A DNA stretch of 64,000 nt, from positions 645,927 through 709,926 of the forward strand of contig JBBPIQ010000001.1 in the NCBI GenBank assembly GCA_038040345.1. Direction: 5' to 3'. The translations under genes were made by a program, and so were the position numbers. This document shows positions 56,667-64,000 of this stretch, piece after piece. The notes under the pieces are model-generated. The model saw only the letters and a program-made list of their open reading frames with translations. It did no database searches and was not told the origin of the DNA. The first letter of the stretch is position 1, and each line of letters starts with the position of its first letter. This stretch comes from Chloroflexota bacterium (GTDB lineage: Bacteria; Chloroflexota; Limnocylindria; P2-11E).

Positions 56667-57754
56667 GCGCCGCTGCCGCCGGGTTCGTCTGGGATCCGCG
56701 TCTCGCGTCGCACGTCTATCGATCGGACCATCCGTTGAAGCCGTGGCGGCTCTTGGGCGTCCACGACACGCTCGAGCGCCTGGGCGCATTCACGCTTCCG
56801 AACGCGCGTCTCCTGGCGCCGCGACTAGCGACGCGCGCCGAGCTCGAGCGCATCCACGACCCCGCGTACGTGGACGCGATCGCGCAGGCCTCCGCCGACC
56901 CGGAGCTCGACTACTCCGCGTGGGGGCTCTCGGCGTGGGGCGATACTCCGCCGTTCGCCGGGATGCACGAGGCGTCGCTTCTGACGACCGGCGCGTCGCT
57001 CGCCGCGATGGAGGACGTGCTCGCCGGTCGTGCCCGCGTCGCGTTCAATGGCGCGGGTGGACTGCATCACGCGATGCGGCGGAATGCATCCGGGTTCTGC
57101 ATCTACAACGACCCCGCGATCGTCTGCGGCCTCCTCGCCGATCGCGGCATGAGGGTCGCGTACGTCGACATCGACGCGCACCACGGCGACGGCGTGCAGG
57201 CCGCGTTCTACGACACTGCCCAAGTGCTCACGATCTCGCTGCACGAGTTCGGGATGATCCCGCGACTCGGCCGGCCTTTCTTCCCGGGCACCGGCAGCGC
57301 CGACGAGCGCGGCACCGGGAAAGGCGCCGGATACAGCGTCAACGTCGCGCTCCCGGCCTACACCGACGATCTCGCGTACATGCGCGCGTTCGACGCGGTC
57401 GTTCCGCCGCTCCTCGAGCGCTTCCGCCCCGACATCCTCGTGACCCAGCAGGGCATCGATTCACACTTCACCGATCCGCTCACCGATCTCCAGCTATCGA
57501 CGCACGCGCGAGAGCACGTGGTGAGCTGGTTCGCGTCCACGCCGTATCCCTGGGTCGCCATGGGAGGCGGCGGCTACGACCTCGACGCGGTGCGGCGAAC
57601 CTGGTCGATGGAGTACCTCATCATGCTCGGCGCTCCCGTGCCCGAAGCGCTCCACGACGATGATCCGCCCGTTCTCGGCGGCCGCGCGCGGATCGAGGTG
57701 GACACCGCGACCGACCAGGCCACGCACGAAGCGCTCGCCGCCGCCTTCAAATGA
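56663..57754 (+). CDS. histone-deacetylase-family protein (AcuC / acetoin-utilisation-type deacetylase)
   Basis: Active-site region FNGAGGLHHAMRRNASGFCIYND...VDIDAHHGDG...ISLHEF. Confidence 0.85.
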   Translation: MSAAAAGFVWDPRLASHVYRSDHPLKPWRLLGVHDTLERLGAFTLPNARLLAPRLATRAELERIHDPAYVDAIAQASADPELDYSAWGLSAWGDTPPFAGMHEASLLTTGASLAAMEDVLAGRARVAFNGAGGLHHAMRRNASGFCIYNDPAIVCGLLADRGMRVAYVDIDAHHGDGVQAAFYDTAQVLTISLHEFGMIPRLGRPFFPGTGSADERGTGKGAGYSVNVALPAYTDDLAYMRAFDAVVPPLLERFRPDILVTQQGIDSHFTDPLTDLQLSTHAREHVVSWFASTPYPWVAMGGGGYDLDAVRRTWSMEYLIMLGAPVPEALHDDDPPVLGGRARIEVDTATDQATHEALAAAFK

Positions 57755-58419
57755 TCGCGACGGTCGGCGAGCGCTGGCGACCGAAGGCTTTCGCCGGCTG
57801 GGCCCTGCACGCGAGCACCTTCTGGGGCCTCGCGTGCGTCCCGATCGCGATGATCTTCTCGACGCTCAGCGCCTACCGCCTCTCGCAGACCGTCCACGTC
57901 GACGACATCGTCTTCGGCCCGACGCGCAGCGCGATCGTCGACACGCTCCTTCTGGCGATCGGCGTCGAGCGGACCGCGGTCCTCGTCTACGTGCTGCAGC
58001 GATCGTTTGACGCACTCGTCGTCGCGGCGGCGCTCACGCCGATCTTTCTCTGGCTTCTCGGCTCGAGCGCGATCCACGCCGCCGCGCGATTCCGCGGCGT
58101 GCGCGGCCGTCCCTACCGGCCGCTGCTCGTGCTCTTCGGGTACGCCGAGCTCGTCTATCAGCTGCCGACATCGCTCGCCGGGATCGTATTTGCCGGCGGA
58201 CCGTTCACCCCCATCGCCGACGTCGTCAGCGTCGTCATGCTGGTGTGGCTCGCGTTCGTTGTTCATCGCGCCATCGAGCTGCATTACGGCGTGCCGGGCG
58301 ATCAGGCCACCGCGATCTTCATCCTCGGCGGCCTTGCGTTCTATCTCTTGCCCCTGATCCTCATCGGGATTCTGCTCGTCGCGATCGTGGTCGCGGCGGC
58401 CATCCTGCAGTACTTCTAG
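57751..58419 (+). CDS. Yip1-family membrane protein
   Basis: Five-transmembrane Yip1-like topology, with an ATGA overlap with the upstream gene. Confidence 0.6.
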   Translation: MIATVGERWRPKAFAGWALHASTFWGLACVPIAMIFSTLSAYRLSQTVHVDDIVFGPTRSAIVDTLLLAIGVERTAVLVYVLQRSFDALVVAAALTPIFLWLLGSSAIHAAARFRGVRGRPYRPLLVLFGYAELVYQLPTSLAGIVFAGGPFTPIADVVSVVMLVWLAFVVHRAIELHYGVPGDQATAIFILGGLAFYLLPLILIGILLVAIVVAAAILQYF

Positions 58420-58421
58420 CG

Positions 58422-58769
58422 ATGCGCCGCGTGTGGGCGATCCTCCGCAGCCGTTGCCCGCGGTGCCTCTCCGGGCGAGTCTGGCGCGGCATGTTCTCGA
58501 TCAACGAGTCGTGCCCGGTGTGCGGCCTGCGCTTCGAGCGCGAGAGCGGGTACTGGACCGGCGCGATGGTCGCGAGCTACGCCCTCGGCATTCCGGTGCT
58601 CGCACTTATGGTCCTGGTGCTCTGGCTCGCCACCGGGTGGGACATCCTCGTCGCCCTCGTCGTGGCGGACGTCCTCTTTCTCGCCGTCGTCCCCTTCATC
58701 TGGCGGTACTCGCGCGTGGTGTGGCTGCATCTCGACTGGCTGATCGACCCGGTCCCCGCGTCCCGATAA
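58422..58769 (+). CDS. DUF983-family membrane protein with a zinc ribbon
   Basis: CPRC...CPVCG zinc ribbon followed by two transmembrane helices. ATG 58422 was checked. Confidence 0.6.
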   Translation: MRRVWAILRSRCPRCLSGRVWRGMFSINESCPVCGLRFERESGYWTGAMVASYALGIPVLALMVLVLWLATGWDILVALVVADVLFLAVVPFIWRYSRVVWLHLDWLIDPVPASR

Positions 58770-58776
58770 CGCTAGG

Positions 58777-60717
58777 GTGACGCGCATGGCAGCAGCGTGG
58801 ACGCCCAGCGAGAAGTACATCGAGCGCAGCCGTCTCCGCGCGTTCGCGATGAAGAACGGCTGCGCCGACTACGCGGCGCTCCTGCGCTGGTCGACAGAAG
58901 ACCTCGAAGGATTCTGGGCAGCGACCGAGCGGGATCTGCATATCTCCTGGCGCACGCCGTACACGCACGTGCTCGACATGTCGCGTGGCATCCCATGGAC
59001 GACCTGGTGGACGGGGGGCCGGATGAACTATGTCTCGACCGCTCTGCGACACGAGGGCGATCGCGTCGCCGTCATCGCTGAAGGCGAGGAGGGAACGGTT
59101 CGCACCCTCACGTACCGCGAGCTCTCGGACCAGGTCGCGAGCTTCGCCTCCGGTCTGCGCTCGCTCGGCGTGAAGCCTGGCGACCGCGTCGCGGTCTACC
59201 TCCCGCTGACCGTGGAGTGCGCGGTCGCTGTCCTCGCGATCGGCGCGATCGGCGCGGTCCTCATCCCGATCTTCTCGGGGTACGGCGCGGAGGCGATCGC
59301 CGGTCGCTTACGCGATGCGCAGGCGAAGGTACTCATTTGCGCCGACGGCTTCTATCGCCGCGGGCAGATCGTCGCGATGAAAGAGACCGCGGACGCCGCG
59401 GCTGACGGGGCGCCATCGGTCGACGCGGTCGTCGTCGTCGATCGCGTCGGGCGCCCGTATCCCAAACGCGGCCGCGACGTTCCCTGGTCGGACGTCACGC
59501 ATGCGGGCGCGATGCTGGACATTGCCGACACGTCCGCCGAGGACCCGTTCATGATCATCTACACGTCGGGGACGACGGGCAAACCGAAGGGCGCGCAGCA
59601 CGTGCATGGCGGCTTCCCGGTGAAGGCGGCGCAGGACCTCGCGCACTGCTTCGACCTTCAAACAGGCGACGTGATCCTGTGGTCGACCGACATCGGTTGG
59701 ATGATGGGCCCCTGGCTCATCGCGGGCGGGCTGATGCTCGGCGCCACCATCGTCCTCTATGACGGAACGCCGGACTTTCCCGACGCGTCGCGCACGTGGT
59801 CTCTCGTCGAGCGCCACAAGGTCACGCACCTGGGCATCTCGCCTACCGCGATCCGCGGCCTCATGCGCTCCGGAGAGGATCCCGTCCGCGCGAAGGATCG
59901 CTCCTCGCTCTTCGTGCTCGGGTCGACCGGCGAGCCGTGGAATCCAGATCCCTGGTGGTGGTACTTCCGGAACGTTGGCGAGTCGCGCTGCCCGATCATC
60001 AACTACTCCGGCGGCACCGAGATCTCGGGCGGCATCCTCGGATGCACGACCTGGACGCCGATCCAGCCGAGCTCGTTCGTCGGGCCCTGTCCGGGAATGG
60101 ATGCCGACGTCGTGGACGAGAACGGACGACCGGTGCGCGGCGCGGTCGGCGAGCTCGTCATTCGCAAGCCCTGGCCGGGCATGACCCGCGGGTTCTGGGG
60201 AGATCGGCAGACAAAGGATGGCCGCTACTTCCAGACGTACTGGGCTCGCTTCGAGAACACCTGGGTCCACGGAGACTGGGCGCGCATCGACGACGAGGGC
60301 TACTGGTACATCGAGGGCCGCAGCGACGACACGCTGAAGATCGCGGGCAAGCGCGTCGGGCCCGCGGAGGTCGAGTCGGCGGCGGTCGCCCACCCCGCGG
60401 TGTCCGAGGCGGCCGCGATCGGCGTGCCGCACGAGATCAAAGGAGAGGCGATCGTCGTGTTCGTGGTGCCGCGCCCGCTGCACCATCCGACCGAAGAGCT
60501 CGCGCGGTCGGTGCAGGACAAGATCGCGGAAATACTTGGCAAGCCGCTGCGGCCCGAGGCGGTGCGCTTCGTCACGCAGCTTCCGAAGACGCGAAACGCA
60601 AAGATCCTGCGTCGGGTCATCCGCGGCGCCTACCTTGGCAAGACCGACCTAGGCGATCTGAGCTCGCTCGAAAATCCCGCCGCGATCGAGGAGCTGCGGA
60701 ATCTCACCCCTCGGTGA
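58777..60717 (+). CDS. AMP-forming acetyl-CoA synthetase-family ligase (acetate/propionate/acetoacetate--CoA ligase-like)
   Basis: Acs-type N-terminus (WWTGGRMNYVSTALRH), AMP-binding motif YTSGTTGKPKG, and a C-terminal PKTRNAKILRR motif containing the conserved regulatory Lys. Confidence 0.85.
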   Translation: MTRMAAAWTPSEKYIERSRLRAFAMKNGCADYAALLRWSTEDLEGFWAATERDLHISWRTPYTHVLDMSRGIPWTTWWTGGRMNYVSTALRHEGDRVAVIAEGEEGTVRTLTYRELSDQVASFASGLRSLGVKPGDRVAVYLPLTVECAVAVLAIGAIGAVLIPIFSGYGAEAIAGRLRDAQAKVLICADGFYRRGQIVAMKETADAAADGAPSVDAVVVVDRVGRPYPKRGRDVPWSDVTHAGAMLDIADTSAEDPFMIIYTSGTTGKPKGAQHVHGGFPVKAAQDLAHCFDLQTGDVILWSTDIGWMMGPWLIAGGLMLGATIVLYDGTPDFPDASRTWSLVERHKVTHLGISPTAIRGLMRSGEDPVRAKDRSSLFVLGSTGEPWNPDPWWWYFRNVGESRCPIINYSGGTEISGGILGCTTWTPIQPSSFVGPCPGMDADVVDENGRPVRGAVGELVIRKPWPGMTRGFWGDRQTKDGRYFQTYWARFENTWVHGDWARIDDEGYWYIEGRSDDTLKIAGKRVGPAEVESAAVAHPAVSEAAAIGVPHEIKGEAIVVFVVPRPLHHPTEELARSVQDKIAEILGKPLRPEAVRFVTQLPKTRNAKILRRVIRGAYLGKTDLGDLSSLENPAAIEELRNLTPR

Positions 60718-60730
60718 TCCGCGCAGGAAC

Positions 60731-60749
60731 GGCCGCCCGAGGGCGGCCG
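60731..60749. terminator. bidirectional terminator hairpin between convergent genes
   Basis: Sequence ggccgccc-gag-gggcggcc: an 8-bp perfect GC stem. Confidence 0.45.
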
Positions 60750-60762
60750 CTCCACAGCAGCG

Positions 60763-61227
60763 CTAGGTGGTGCGGGGTGATGTGATCGCGCGCACCAGCG
60801 CGACGATCAGAGCTGCGATGAGGAAGAAGAACGCGACCGCGAGGAGCGCGGCGAGGTCAAGCGCCGGCGGACCGGACGGCTCCGGGAAGATGCCCTGGAA
60901 CGGACGGACCAGAGGCTCGGTGATCCGGTACAGGCCGGAGACGAGTGGCTGGTTCGCGTTCGCGCCGAAGAGCTTCAGTACGAACCGGAGCAGCAGCAGG
61001 ACCTCGAGTACGGTGAACAGGAGCGTGACGACGCGCGTAACCGTCCAGACCCCGTCGTTCCGCGCGACCGTCGCGGTCGTCGGTCCGACGTTCACGTTCG
61101 ATGCAGCCGGCGGCGTGTACGCGGGACGAACGATGCGCTCGCGCTCGTAGCGGTCGATGCGCTCGGTCGTGTCGTGATCGGGGCGTGGTGCTGATGTAGC
61201 CATGCCCGACGAGGGAGCAGGTGGCAT
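60763..61227 (-). CDS. YggT-family membrane protein (paralog of the 4950-5342 gene)
   Basis: Motif LLLLRFVLKLFGANANQPLVSGLYRITEPLVRPFQGIFP. About 60% identical to the first copy over the C-terminal ~100 aa, including the N-terminal SNVNV segment. Confidence 0.7.
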   Translation of the reverse strand: MPPAPSSGMATSAPRPDHDTTERIDRYERERIVRPAYTPPAASNVNVGPTTATVARNDGVWTVTRVVTLLFTVLEVLLLLRFVLKLFGANANQPLVSGLYRITEPLVRPFQGIFPEPSGPPALDLAALLAVAFFFLIAALIVALVRAITSPRTT

Positions 61228-61254
61228 GCCAAATGGTTAACCTGCCAAGCGGCC

Positions 61255-61671
61255 ATGGATTTTCCCTTCGCGCATCGCCAGCGAGTGCGTTTTGGCGAGA
61301 CGGACCTCCAAGGGGTCGTTTACTACGCGAACTATTTACTGTTCGCGGAGATCGGTCGCATCGCTTTCTTGCGGCAGCTTGGCGTCGTCTACGAGCGCGA
61401 TCTGCTCGCGCGCGGCGTCGACTTCACGATCGGCGAGGCGCGCGTGCGCTATCAGGCGCCCCTACGCTTCGACGACGAGTACGACATCAAAGTCCGCGTC
61501 GGTGAGATCCGACACTCGTCGTGGACGCTGGAGTACGCGATCGATCGCGCCGACGGCATGCATTGCGCCGACGCTTCGACGATCCAGGTGATGATCGACC
61601 GCAAGACCGGCCGGGCGACCCGGATCCCAGCCGACTTGCGTCAAATACTTGAGCGCGCGAAGGGCGCCTGA
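61255..61671 (+). CDS. acyl-CoA thioesterase (hotdog fold, YbgC/4HBT family)
   Basis: Motifs RVRFGETDLQGVVYYANYL, within a hotdog-fold protein. Confidence 0.8.
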   Translation: MDFPFAHRQRVRFGETDLQGVVYYANYLLFAEIGRIAFLRQLGVVYERDLLARGVDFTIGEARVRYQAPLRFDDEYDIKVRVGEIRHSSWTLEYAIDRADGMHCADASTIQVMIDRKTGRATRIPADLRQILERAKGA

Positions 61672-62816
61672 TGGACCCCGTTCTTCCCGAAGATCTCGTC
61701 ATGCTCCAGCGTTCGGTCCGCGAGTTCGTCGAGGAGAAGCTCGCGCCTCTCGAGCGCGAGATCGAAGAGAAGGATGAAATACCGAGGCATGTGATCGACG
61801 CGATGGCCGGCATGGGCCTCTTTGGCCTGGGCTTCAGCGAAAACGTCGGCGGTCAGGGTTTCGGCAAGCTCGGCTACTGCGTCGCGGTCGAGCAGCTCGC
61901 TCGCGCGAACGCGTCGCTCTGGAACGTCATCGGGGGATCGGCCGGACTCTGCGGCACCGCGATCGACATCGGCGGGCCCGACGCGCTGCGCTCCCAGTAC
62001 CTGCCGGACCTCCTATCGGCGCGAAAGATCGGCGCGTACGGTCTCTCCGAGCCGGGCGCGGGCAGCGACGCGGGTGGACTCAAGACCACCGCCCGCCGCG
62101 ATGGCGACGCATACGTGATCGATGGCGCGAAGACGTTCATCACGAACGCGCCGATCGCCGACGTGTTCGTGATTTTCACAACGCTCGATCCGAAGCTCGG
62201 CTCGAAAGCGATCACGGCGTTCGTCGTCGACCGCGCGACCCCGGGCCTCGAGGTCGGACGGAACGACGCGAAGATGGGCCTGCACGGCTCCACGACCGCG
62301 CAGCTCTACTTCCGCGAGATGCGTGTGCCGGCATCGCAGCGCGTCGGCGACGAGGGCAAAGGCTTCGCGGTAGCCCTCGCGACGCTCGATTACGGCCGCA
62401 TGGGACTCGCGGCGCACGCGGTCGGCGCGGCGCAGCGGCTGCTCGAGGCCTGCGTTGCGCACGCCAAGACGCGCACCCAGTTCGGACGACCGATCGGCAC
62501 GAATCAGGCGATCCAATGGCCCCTGGCCGACGCCGCGATCGACATCCACGCGGCCCGCCTGATGGTGTACGACGCGGCGTCGCGGGCCGACCGCGGCGAG
62601 CGCGTCACCGACCGCGCGTCGAAGGCGAAGCTGTTCGCCACGGAGGCACTCGGACGGATCGCCGACGCCGCGGTTCAGATCCACGGCGGCATGGGATACA
62701 TGCGCGAGCTCTGGATCGAGCGGGCGTACCGGGACGCTCGTATCTACCGGATTTACGAGGGCACGAGCGAGATCCAGCGGCTCGTTATTGCGCAGGGGCT
62801 ACTTGCGGACGGCTAA
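61671..62816 (+). CDS. acyl-CoA dehydrogenase
   Basis: Motifs YGLSEPGAGSDAG and a C-terminal catalytic Glu region (YEGTSEIQRLVIA). ATGA overlap with the thioesterase gene. Confidence 0.9.
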   Translation: MDPVLPEDLVMLQRSVREFVEEKLAPLEREIEEKDEIPRHVIDAMAGMGLFGLGFSENVGGQGFGKLGYCVAVEQLARANASLWNVIGGSAGLCGTAIDIGGPDALRSQYLPDLLSARKIGAYGLSEPGAGSDAGGLKTTARRDGDAYVIDGAKTFITNAPIADVFVIFTTLDPKLGSKAITAFVVDRATPGLEVGRNDAKMGLHGSTTAQLYFREMRVPASQRVGDEGKGFAVALATLDYGRMGLAAHAVGAAQRLLEACVAHAKTRTQFGRPIGTNQAIQWPLADAAIDIHAARLMVYDAASRADRGERVTDRASKAKLFATEALGRIADAAVQIHGGMGYMRELWIERAYRDARIYRIYEGTSEIQRLVIAQGLLADG

Positions 62817-62835
62817 CACCATTTCTGGAGTCAGT

Positions 62836-62895
62836 TGTGGATAACCCCATGAATACGGTGGATAAGCGCCCTCCCGGGACCGTTTCTGTGGACAA
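62836..62895. promoter_or_regulatory. cluster of three DnaA-box-like 9-mers: TGTGGATAA (perfect, 62836-62844), GTGGATAAG (62858-62866), TGTGGACAA (62887-62895)
   Basis: Read directly in the sequence. They are the reverse complement of the TTATCCACA consensus. They overlap the ribosome-binding site and start and the first 20 codons of the downstream TPR-like gene. Confidence 0.4.
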
Positions 62896-63619
62896 CCCCC
62901 CTGTACAGCGAGCGTCCATCGCTGACGTTTGGGGTGTTCCGGTGGCCGTTTGGCGCGCTCGGAGAGCCCTGGACCGCGGTGATTTGGAGGTCGCTCGGAC
63001 GCTCGTGGCGCCCCTTTTGGGAGCCTTCGGCACAGTCACCTTCATCCGGAAAATCGCGGCGGAGATCCTCTACGCCTCGGGGGACCCCTTGTCCGCGGCT
63101 GCCCTCTTCGAGCAGGCTGCCAAGCGGCTCCCGCACGACCGCGCCGTGGTGGTCGGGCTCGTCGCGTCGTACGCCGCACTGAACCGCGCCGGTGACGCCC
63201 GTCGGAGCGCCGCCCTATTGCCCGAGCACGTCGATGTGCGTCTCGCGCTCGCCTGGGCCGAGCTCGTCGCGCTCGGCGGCGACCCCGATCGCGGGGCGGG
63301 CCTCGTCACATTGATCGCGACGGATCCGGAGCTCTCGCGATCGGCCGAGCGCGTCGCGATGCATCGCGCACTCGAGGCGATCGTCGCCGCGCGGTCACGC
63401 GATCGCGAAGGCGTTCGCTCGAAGTTGCGCGCGGCGGAGCTCGGCGCGCCGAAGCTGCGGGCCGGCGACCGCGCGTTCCTCGGTTACCTGGGCGGGGTCG
63501 CGCTGCGCGAGGCCGGTCTCATCGACGACGCGCGAGCGACATTCGCGCTCGCAATGGAAGCCTCGACGGACTCGATCGGCGCGGCCCTCGCGCGACGCGA
63601 GCGCGCGAACCTTGGCTAG
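62837..63619 (+). CDS. TPR-like helical repeat protein (hypothetical)
   Basis: Ribosome-binding site ggag 6 nt upstream of GTG 62837. N-terminus MDNPMNTVDKRPPGTVSVDNPP, then Ala/Leu-rich helical repeats. The track ORF starting at 62516 overlaps the acyl-CoA dehydrogenase gene. Confidence 0.5.
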   Translation: MDNPMNTVDKRPPGTVSVDNPPVQRASIADVWGVPVAVWRARRALDRGDLEVARTLVAPLLGAFGTVTFIRKIAAEILYASGDPLSAAALFEQAAKRLPHDRAVVVGLVASYAALNRAGDARRSAALLPEHVDVRLALAWAELVALGGDPDRGAGLVTLIATDPELSRSAERVAMHRALEAIVAARSRDREGVRSKLRAAELGAPKLRAGDRAFLGYLGGVALREAGLIDDARATFALAMEASTDSIGAALARRERANLG

Positions 63620-63634
63620 ATTCGGCGAAGGTGC

Positions 63635-64000
63635 CTACGTGCCGACGACAACACCGCCGTCGACCGAAAGAACGACGCCGTTGATGAATGAAGCCTCGTC
63701 CGAAGCGAGGAAGAGATACGCGTATGCAACGTCCTTTGGCTCGCCGAGCCGCCGGATCGGGGTGCGCTCGACCATCGTCGCGAGGATCTTCTCCGGCATC
63801 TGACGCACCATCTCGGTCCCGATGAATCCCGGGGCGACCGCGTTCACGGTGATGCCCTTCGGCCCAAGCTCGCGAGCCCAGACCTTTGTCATGCCGATGA
63901 CCGCGGCCTTCGTCGCGACGTAGTTCGTCTGCCCGAAGTTTCCGTAGAGACCGACGACGGACGACGCGTTCAGTATTCGGCCGGAGTGCTGTCGGATCAT
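63635..64000 (-). CDS. SDR-family 3-oxoacyl-ACP reductase (FabG-like); N-terminus truncated by the window edge
   Basis: Motifs NASSVVG...YVATKAA...PGFIGT. The gene runs off the window end. Confidence 0.8.
   Translation of the reverse strand: MIRQHSGRILNASSVVGLYGNFGQTNYVATKAAVIGMTKVWARELGPKGITVNAVAPGFIGTEMVRQMPEKILATMVERTPIRRLGEPKDVAYAYLFLASDEASFINGVVLSVDGGVVVGT

Noticed and set aside
62836-62895. DnaA-box cluster as the chromosomal replication origin
   Set aside because: There are no dnaA/dnaN/gyrB neighbours and no AT-rich DNA-unwinding element, and the boxes lie inside coding sequence. I kept it as a possible DnaA-regulated promoter or titration site instead.
1-64000. CRISPR arrays, insertion sequences, integrases or prophage genes
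   Set aside because: No repeat-spacer periodicity, transposase, integrase or phage structural genes were seen anywhere. The window looks like stable chromosome.

Overview
This is a high-GC (~68-70% by eye) bacterial chromosomal window that is densely coded. There are about 65 protein genes and no rRNA, tRNA, CRISPR array or transposase/integrase that I can recognise. The housekeeping genes are argS, rplU-rpmA, rpmE, a DUF1385-prfA pair, thyA-folA, L25/Ctc, an acyl-CoA dehydrogenase and a FabG-like reductase. They sit among accessory clusters: (1) a hybrid histidine kinase/OmpR regulator operon with a transglutaminase-like gene; (2) a secreted DUF3494 ice-binding-family protein and a second small secreted protein that both end in an identical non-canonical LPSTST + transmembrane + basic-tail sorting signal, with a YggT gene between them and copies of a palindromic GTCATGAC motif flanking them; (3) an SBP-permease-permease dipeptide ABC importer with a PanE-like reductase and an M20 peptidase, but no ATPase genes; (4) an FHA-domain gene directly abutting an MlrC (M81) peptidase gene; (5) a trehalose/alpha-glucan island: sugar SBP-permease-permease-TreT-like GT4 glycosyltransferase (the gene order of the Thermococcus mal/treT cluster) flanked by two GH57 enzymes; (6) a YtrA-type GntR regulator with an ABC-2 exporter; (7) a MacAB-like tripartite efflux operon; (8) an HDAC(AcuC)-Yip1-DUF983-acetyl-CoA-synthetase block. 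Other notable points: three genes (MlrC, hydantoinase, MFS) whose conserved N-termini are encoded upstream of any canonical start codon (the hydantoinase apparently starts at a CTG overlapping the prfA stop); two diverged YggT paralogs ~56 kb apart; and a cluster of DnaA-box-like 9-mers at the 5' end of a TPR-like gene. The ice-binding protein plus the trehalose synthase suggest a cold-adapted organism; that is inference. Many long ORFs in the supplied track are antisense or wrong-frame high-GC artefacts, and I did not call them.
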